From the NCBI RefSeq assembly GCF_004010195.1, contig NW_025214472.1:1-44333 (forward strand): a stretch of DNA of 44,333 bases, written 5' to 3'. Under the pieces are notes generated by a model, which saw nothing but the letters and a program-made list of their open reading frames with translations, was not told where the DNA came from and ran no database searches. This stretch comes from Chiloscyllium plagiosum. Taxonomy: Eukaryota. Both the position numbers and the translations under genes were made by a program. Numbering within the stretch: the first letter of the stretch is position 1; each line of letters starts with the position of its first letter. Positions 36,739 to 44,333 of this stretch are shown here, piece by piece.

Positions 36739-37135
36739 CCTCTGCCATAGGTCCAACTCATTCAAGTTTTCTTCATAAGGCATTAATCTCTAAACTACTT
36801 CTAACACAAGCACTGTATACTTTTTTTAATGGAATTGTTAAATAAACGGTCTTTCCTCGATAGTGTAGCTGTAGCTACTTACTTTATTAAGTTGTGGGGT
36901 ATTGGTGTTGCTAGTTTAGGCCAGCATTTATTGCCTATCCTCGGCTGTCCTTGAAGCTGGTGGTGGTGGTGATGATAAGCTTAATGTCCTTTTGGTTTAA
37001 GTAGGTTAAGGAAGTTCCAGAATTTTGACAATAGCGACACTGAAGGAATGGCAATAAATTTAAGTCAGGATGGCCAGTGGCTTGTGGGGGAAACTGCAAG
37101 CAGTGGCATTCTCATTCTTTTTCTAGTTGTAAGTG

Positions 37136-37847
37136 ATAAAAAATCACACAACACCAGGGTATAGTCCAAAACGTTTATTTGGGAGTACTAGCTTTTGGAG
37201 CAATGCTCCATCATCAGGTAGCTGTGGAGCAGGATCATAAGACACAGAAGTTATAGCAAAAGATTAGTGTCATACAACTGAAATGATATCTTGAACAAAC
37301 TTGGATTGTTGATAAGTCTTCCTTTTTTTTAAAAAATAGAATAGGTTGCAGATTTTGTTTCATTAATATGTAAATCCCAGAACTTCTTTCAAATCACATT
37401 CTCGCAATAACTTAAGGTTTTATAAATAAAAAAGTGACAGCTTAGCCTTAAGTTAAGTTATCTTGAGAATGTGACTATAGTTAAACTAAACCGGCTGTTG
37501 TGAGATTAGATTAGATTAGATTAGATTAGATTCCCTACAGTATGGAAACAGGGCCTTTGGCCCAACAAGTCCACACCCAGACCCATGTACCTAACACTAT
37601 GGGCAATTTAGCATGGCCAATTCACCTGACCTGCACATCTTTGGTCGGTGGGAGGAAACTGGACTAGCCAGAAGCTGGCCCAAGCAGACACAAGGAGAAT
37701 GTGCAAACTCCACACAGACAGTCGCCCGAGGGTAGAATCGAACCTGGGACCCTGGTACTGCGAGGCAGCAGTGCTAACCATTGAGCCACCGTGCTGCCCT
37801 GTGTTTAACTTAGTCCACCTCAGCCCAACACCAGTACCTCCACATCA
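37136..37847. mobile_element. Non-coding inverted-repeat Penelope derivative interrupted by a SINE
   Basis: 37137-37445 is homologous to 38018-38320; short inverted arm; candidate TSD tagttgtaagtg / tagttggaaatg. Confidence 0.75.
37503..37799 (-). mobile_element. HE1-type V-SINE
   Basis: (AGATT)n tail; minus-strand head gggcagcacggtggctcaatggttagcactgctgcctc with box B ggttcgattc. Confidence 0.92.
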
Positions 37848-38004
37848 TAGTTGGAAATGGTATGAGTTTGGAAGATACAAAGGATCTTTGATGAATTTCT
37901 GAAGTGCATCATTTCGATGGTACACACTGCTACTACTGAGCTCCAGTGGTAGAAATAATGAATGTGGATCTGATACCAATCCAATGGACTGCTTTGCCTG
38001 GATA

Positions 38005-40038
38005 AAGTTATAAAAAGAAAAATCACACAACACATGATTGAAGTGCAACAGTTTTATTTGGAAGCACTAGCTTTCAGAGCGCTGATCCTTCATCAGCTGG
38101 TTGTGGGAAACAAGACCATAAGACAGAATTTATAGCAAAAGATTAGTGTCATCCAACCAAAAATGATATATTGAACAAACCTGGATACCTGTTAAGTCTT
38201 TCATCTTTTAGAATGGGTTGCAGTTTCGGTTTATTAATATGTAAATCCCAGAACTTTTTTTTTTAAAAACAGTCACCTTCGAGATAATTTAAGGTTTTAT
38301 AACAAAAGGTGACATCTCAGCTCAGACAATGCATTGAAGGTGTGAGGTTAGGGTCTGTCTGTACCCCAATCTTGAGTCAGACTGGTTCTATTTCCAAAGT
38401 GGAATTTACAAAATATTACGTGTATGACTGCCAGCTGATTGTGCCTTTTTTGAGTAAAATAGAACTGCAAATCAAATTCTGCAATGCTACACTTCTCTAG
38501 ATTCCTTCCTAAACACTTTAAAACAAAGTCATCCTCGAAAGACAAGCCCAATGCATACACAGAATCTGTTCAAATGAGGAGGAACGTAACAGACACCTGA
38601 AGGTGCTGAAGGATGCCCTCATAAGAATGGTATACGATGCTAAACTCATCACTCACCAATTCCGACATGCCAGAGCGAGAAACTGCAATGACGCCCTCAG
38701 GAGACGGGTTGCAATCGATAGGGGACCCTTCACTATCCAATGCTTCCTGGGAGCTGGAAAGCTATGCCATGCTCTTCACAGCTGGCAACACATTATTGAT
38801 GACGATGAGCATCTTGCCAAGACCTTCCCTACCCTCCTCTTCTTGCCTTTAAACAACCATCAAGCCTTAAACAGACAGTTCGCAGCAAACTGCTCAGCCT
38901 TCAGGACAACAAACACCGTACAACCCTGTCATGGCAACCACTGCAAGAAGTGTCAGTGTCGACATAGATATTACCGTTATCCACGGGTGCAGCAGGTGAT
39001 TTAGCTAATGTAGTTTATCATGCGCTGCAGGCAAGGATGCCACAAGGCATGGTATGTTTGCGAGACCAAGCAGACGCTACGACAACGGATGAATGGATAC
39101 CATGCAACAATCAGACAGTGGTGTTTCCTCCCAACTGGGGAACACTTCAGTGGTCAGGGTCAGTCTGCCTCAGATCATCAGGTGACCATCCTCCAAGGGA
39201 GACTTTGGGATAGGCACAATGCAAAGTGACTGAACAAAGGTTGATGGCCAAGTTCGATACCCATGGGAATGGCCTCAAATGGGACCTTGGGTTCATGTCA
39301 CACTACAGGTGACCCTGATACACTCACTCTCAAACATACACAAACACATATACACACACTCTTACATACTCATGCAGACCATCTCTCTCTCTCACACACA
39401 CTCTCTCTCACACACAGTTTTATACTACATCACACCCCCATACACACTTCAAGCTTACGCACACACTCTAAGACACACATATACTCTCTCTCTCATGCAT
39501 GCACACACTCATAAGTCTATGAGGTGAGTTTGTATTTGGAGAAAAAACATTCTATTTTGCTCAAAAAAGTGCACAACCAGCAGGCAGTCAATATATGTAA
39601 TATTTTGTAAATTCCACTTTGGAAATAGAACCAGACTGGCTCAAGATTGGAATACGGACAGACCCTAACCTCACACCTTCAATGCATTGCCTGAACTGAG
39701 ATGTCACCTTTTGTTATAAAACCTTAAGTTATCTCGAGAAGGTGAGTTAAAGGTAGTTCTGAGATTTACATATTAGTGAACCGAAAGCTGCAACCTATTC
39801 TAAAAAGGTGAAAGACCTAACAGGTATCCAGGTTTGTTCAATACATCATTTTGGTTGCATGATATTACAATTTTTTGCTATAAATTCTGTGTCTTATGGT
39901 CTTGTGCTCCACAACCACCTGAAGGAGCAACACTCCAAAAGCTAGTGCTTCCAATTAAACCTGTTAGACTATAGCCTGGCATTGTGATTTTTAAATTTTG
40001 TCCACCCCAGTCCAACACCGGCTCCTCTACATCTTATA
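38005..40038 (+). mobile_element. Penelope-like element, 5'-truncated ORF between ~460-bp inverted terminal repeats
   Basis: 38018-38480 is the reverse complement of ~39525-39991. Interior encodes HRICSNEEERNRHLKVLKDALIR and GIY-YIG-like CRQGCHKAWYVCETKQTLRQRMNG; (CA/CT)-rich tract 39320-39510; TSD ctggata. Confidence 0.88.
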
Positions 40039-40459
40039 CTGGATAGTGTCAAGCTTCTTCAGTATTAACGCAGTTGCACCCATCAACGTAAGTGGGGAGT
40101 ATTCCATCAAATTCCTGACTTGTACCTTATAGGCGGTAGACAGGCTTGGGGGGGGGGGGGTCAAGAGGTAAGTAACTCACTGCAAGATTCCTAGCCTTTG
40201 ACCTGCTTTTGAAGCCATGGTATTTATGTAGCTAGTACAGTTCAGTTCTGACCCAGATTTAGCCCTACGGTAGTGCTGATGGGGGAACTTAGTGATGAAA
40301 ATGCTGCTGAATGTCAAGGATCAATAGTTTGATTCTATTTTTTGAGATGGTGATTGACTAACACTTAGGCTAACAAGTGGCGGTTGACATTCATACCACC
40401 TAAGTTTGGATATCATCCAGGTCTCACTGCATTTGGATATTATTACATCAGTATAGACA

Positions 40460-41085
40460 GGGTCAAGTTCATCAATGATCTCCCTTCCAACGTACACAAA
40501 GACTGCTCAGTATATGAGGAACAAAGTTCACATGGAGCAACACTTGTACAATATTCAGGCAAAAGCTGATAAGTGACAAGCAATATCAATGCTACACAAA
40601 TACCAAGCAATGGCCACCTCCAACGAGAAAAAGATATAGCCATCTTTCCTTGACGTTCAATTGCTTAACCAATTATGAATCACTCACTCTCAACATCTTG
40701 CAGGTAAACCTGACTAGAAATAGAACTAATCTAGTTGCATAGATGCTGTGGTTAAGAGAACAGGGTAGAGGTTGTGAATTCTGCAGTGAATTCATCTCCT
40801 GTCTACCATTAATAAGGCACAACTCAGGAACATGGTGGAATATACTCTCCACCTGCCTAGATGTGTGCCTCTCCAATGAAGCTCAATATCCTCTAGGAAT
40901 TGCAGTCCAGTTGATTCGTACTCCAACCACCATCTTAAAGATTCACCCCTCCATCAAGACACACAACGCATACCATCTATAAAATATATTGAAGCAGCTC
41001 AGCAAGACTCATTTGAAAGAACTTTCTAAATCTACAACCTCTACCACCTAGAAGGCTAAGATCAGCAGATGTAAGGGAACATAAT
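40460..41085 (+). mobile_element. CR1/L2-type LINE 3' fragment, opposite in orientation to its neighbour
   Basis: FINDLPS; ggaatatactctccacctgcctagatg; ctctaccacctagaagg. Confidence 0.7.
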
Positions 41086-41149
41086 TATCAATCTTGAAAA
41101 TTTCTGAACAAACAATAACTGCTAAATATTTCAATTATTAGGACAACTT

Positions 41150-41600
41150 TGTCGAAAAGTATAAACTTAAAGGTGGTGCAGGAACAGAGAGACCAGGAAT
41201 CTATGTGCACAATTATTTGGAAAAAGATGGTAGTACAAGTTCAAAGGACTGTTGGAAAAAGCATGGAATGCCTTCAGCTTATTAAGGGAAACAAAGAACA
41301 AAATAATAGAATGCTGAACATTCAAGATCCTGGTTATGTTGCTGAAGTATTATGTTCAAGTCTAGGCATCACATTTTAAAAGGATGTTAAGACCATTAAG
41401 ACTATATTGAAGGGGTCTACTTGAAAGACACCATGTATAGTGGTTTCAGATTTGTGGAGATACAGATTAATCGAGTTGATGCAAAACGGCAAAGGGATTT
41501 GAAGAGGTGTTCAAAATCACAAATAGAATGGATAAAGAAAGAGAATTTGTTTCCAACAGAAGAATCAACAACCAAAAGGCAGAGACTTAATATTTTGTAA
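41150..41600 (+). mobile_element. Old CR1 3' fragment
   Basis: VQEQRDQ (ERDLGV-like), ttaaaaggatgttaag, gaagaggtgttcaaaatc. Confidence 0.55.
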
Positions 41601-41687
41601 AAAAAGAGATTGAGGCAGTACTTTCAATCATTCAGGGAATAGGGGGTGTCACTAGCTGAGCCAGCATTTATTACCCATCTCCAAGTA

Positions 41688-41868
41688 TCACATGACACTA
41701 GGTTATAGTCCAACAGGTTTATTTAAAATCACAAGCTTACAGAACGCTGTGCTTCACCTGACGAAGGAGCAGCACTTCGAAGACTTGAGATTTCAAATAA
41801 ACCTGCTGGACTATAACCTGTCGTCGTATGACTTCTGACTTTGTCCAACGCTAGCACCTCCACATCAT
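41688..41868. mobile_element. ~180-bp hairpin (MITE-like) Penelope terminal-repeat derivative
   Basis: aggttatagtccaacaggtttattt..aatc inverted against gatttcaaataaacctgctggactataacct; central ctgacgaaggagcagcacttcgaag. Inserted in a LINE tail (41625-41687, resuming at ~42696-42950). Confidence 0.8.
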
Positions 41869-41876
41869 CCCCAAAT

Positions 41877-42688
41877 AGAGTCAGATGTACAGCACAGAAA
41901 CAGACCCTTCAGTCCAAATCATCCATGCAAATCAGATATCCCAATCCAATCTAGACCCCCTGCCAGCACCCGGCCCATATCTCTCCAGGCCCTTCCTATT
42001 CATATACTCATCCATATGCCTCTTAAATGTTGCAATTGTAAGAGCCTCCACCACTTCCTCTGGCAGCTCATTCCATATGCACTCCATGCTCTGCATGAAA
42101 AAGTTGCCCCTTAGGTCTCTTTTATATCTTCCCCCTCTCACCCTAAACCTATGCTCTAGAGTTCTGTACTCCCCCACCCCAGGGAAAAGACTTTGTCTAT
42201 TTATCCTATCCATATCTCAGGATTTTGTGAACTTCTATAAGGTCACCCCTCAGCCTCCGACGCTCTAGGGAAAACAGATCCAGCCTACTCAACCTCTCCC
42301 TATAGCTCAAATCCTCAACATCCTTGAAAGGGTTCAGAAAAGATTTACAAGTTTCACAACATCTTTCCAACAGGAAGGAGACCAGAATTGCACGCAATAT
42401 TCCAACAGTGGCCTAACCAATGTCCTGTACAGCAGCAGCATGACCTCCCAACTCCTGTACTCAACACTCTGACCAAGGAAAGCATACCAAATGCCTTCTT
42501 CACTATCCTATCTACCTGCAACTCCACTTTCAAGGAGCTATGAACCTGCACTCCAAAGTCTCTGTTCAGCAACACTCCCCAGGACCTTACCATTAAATGT
42601 AGAAATCCTGCTGAGATATGCTTTCCCAAAATGCAGCACCTTGCATTTATCTAAATTAAACTCCATCTGCCATTCCTCAGCCCATTGA
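41877..42688 (-). mobile_element. CR1 (HER1-like) LINE 3' end
   Basis: SYRERLSRLDLFSLERRRLRGDLIEVHKI, HRFRVRGGRYKRDLRGNFF, IWNELPEEVVEA; TSD cccaaat at 41870-41876 and 42689-42695. Confidence 0.92.
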
Positions 42689-43404
42689 CCCAAATGATGG
42701 TGAGGAACTGCCTTCTTTGATCACAGCAGTCCTTTTGGTATTTTATACATCCATAATGCTGATAAAAAGATGAAATCCACAATTCTTACCCAACAACAGT
42801 GGTTGTAATGGATTTCCAACTCAAGATGAGGAATGGTTTGGAGACGACATTAGAACCCATCTCTTGCCATTGTCGTTCTAGGTCTACCCTAGTAGTTGAG
42901 GGCTTGGAAGATGCTATATACATACTTTTGGTGAATTTCCATGAAAACCTTTTTGTTACATTATATTTCTGAAAGATCTGGAATGCACTACGATGTATGT
43001 GGTGGAATCAACCACAATAGCCAGAAGAGAAGAACATACTTTGAGAAAGTGCATTAAAGCTTTGGGTTAAGATTGGGAAAGAAAGTTTCATTGGATAGTT
43101 GAACACAATCAGCACAAGCATAATGAGCTGAATTACCTTCACCTCTGCTCTATCATTTTGATTTGAATCTACTGCATTAAAAACTGAGGTGTCCGTGACT
43201 TCAGAATTTCAAACTCCTGCAATCGCTGTCTGAAATTAATACTTGTTTTCAAACACTGGATTTAAAGAATTCAGGCATTGCAAGTAGTTCTCACATATTG
43301 CAGGCCCTCTTGGCAACCATTTGGAACTTCACAGCTTTCTCAGGTTTTTTGTTGTCACCAGGAAAACAACAGTTTCTTATTGTGATACATGGAGAGGAGA
43401 TAAG

Positions 43405-43670
43405 GGTCACTGACAATGACATGAATGAACCCAAGCAAAACTGGAGGTAGTGGGAATCAAGGGGATATCTCCACCAATGGGGTTGTACCTATCAAAAAGG
43501 ACGGTTCTTTGTAAGGTCAGTCATCCCAGCTCCAGAACATCTCCACAGAAGTTACTCAAGGAAGTGTACAGGGCCCAATGATCTTCAGCTTTGCCATCAA
43601 TTAACTTATCTCCATCATAAAATCATACATGGAATGTTCGCTGATGCTATCATGAGGTTCAGCACCATTC
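43405..43670 (+). mobile_element. CR1/L2-type LINE RT fragment, followed by a decayed Penelope tail to ~43885
   Basis: KLEVVGIKG, VTQGSVQGPMIFSFAIN, gttcgctgatg (FAD). Confidence 0.7.
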
Positions 43671-44205
43671 ATGTTATTTAATCTCTTCTGCCTTCCACTC
43701 CATCACAGCAATTCCCATTTATTCCTTCCTGACCTGCACCCTTTCTCATCATCTGCTCTTCTTAAAAGCTTTTATCTCAACTTTTTGCACTTTTGATTAG
43801 AGGTCATCAACCTAAACCATTTCGCTCTCTATTGAGATTGTTTGGAAGGTTGGGAACATTCCCAGTATTTTGTTTTTATTTATCAGTTTTATGACATTTC
43901 TTCAAATTTCATGATGCTTTGGATGAGATTTATCTTGTCTCAGTTACATGTTGAATGACATTCTTGAATTTTGTCCAGTGTACCTTCAAAATCACATGTT
44001 GTGTAATGAAGTTTGAAAAGTTTCAATTGGTTGGAGAAGAGATAAAGAGCAGCAGTTTCAGATCATGGCAAAAATGTTCTGGAATTGAAGCCTTGATGAA
44101 GCTATAGCAGTGTCCCACTGATCCTTATTTTTAGTTTTACACGCTTGAAAACTGTTGGTCAACATCAGATAGAGAACAGACCTCTCGTGTGTAATTTTCC
44201 CTGCA

Positions 44206-44251
44206 GTGACACTTAAAGTAGTTCTGTGACACTTAAAGTAGTTCTGTGACA
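44206..44251 (+). repeat. Perfect 20-bp tandem duplication (gtgacacttaaagtagttct x2.3)
   Basis: Seen directly. Confidence 0.95.
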
Positions 44252-44333
44252 ATATTGTGAATGGGGCCAGTAGGTTATGGGCTACAGTCTCTATTCATAC
44301 ATCGCTGGACTGGAACTTCTTAATGATACTACA

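Larger units (their letters stand above)
36890..40435 (-). mobile_element. CR1/L2-type LINE 3' end split into three pieces (36890-37135, 37848-38004, 40039-40435)
   Basis: The pieces are colinear with the copies at 16105-16575 and 15357-15700 once the insertions are removed. Confidence 0.75.

Noticed and set aside
1..44333. CRISPR arrays, rRNA, true tRNA genes or prokaryote-type systems
   Set aside because: No repeat-spacer array or rRNA sequence; the tRNA-like boxes belong to SINE heads.

Overview
This is vertebrate genomic DNA, most likely from a shark. The basis is the HE1-type V-SINEs with (TCTAA)n tails, Deu-domain SINE, HER1/CR1 LINEs and hammerhead-bearing Penelope elements; the (TCTAA)n tail suggests a carpet/bamboo shark, which is inference. 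I found no convincing host protein-coding exon, so the window looks intergenic or deep intronic. The largest feature is a young, CpG-rich, near full-length but inactivated Tx1-clade non-LTR retrotransposon (~3.6/3.9-10.5 kb, +). It has a monomer-repeat 5' UTR, a gag-like ORF1 and an APE-RT ORF2 from which the YADD motif has been deleted. The rest is a nested mosaic: CR1 fragments, a second CR1/L2-type LINE family, an RTE LINE, tRNA-derived SINEs, Harbinger-type Myb/SANT exon remnants, and at least three families of Penelope-like terminal repeats with minimal hammerhead ribozyme cores. Several of the latter occur as short non-coding palindromic elements. There are also DNA-repair footprints (a 112-bp inverted templated insertion, two 31-38 bp local copies, a 21-bp micro-inversion) and repeat-free islands that may be conserved enhancers. 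Family names come from recalled motifs, not database searches, and boundaries of old elements are approximate.
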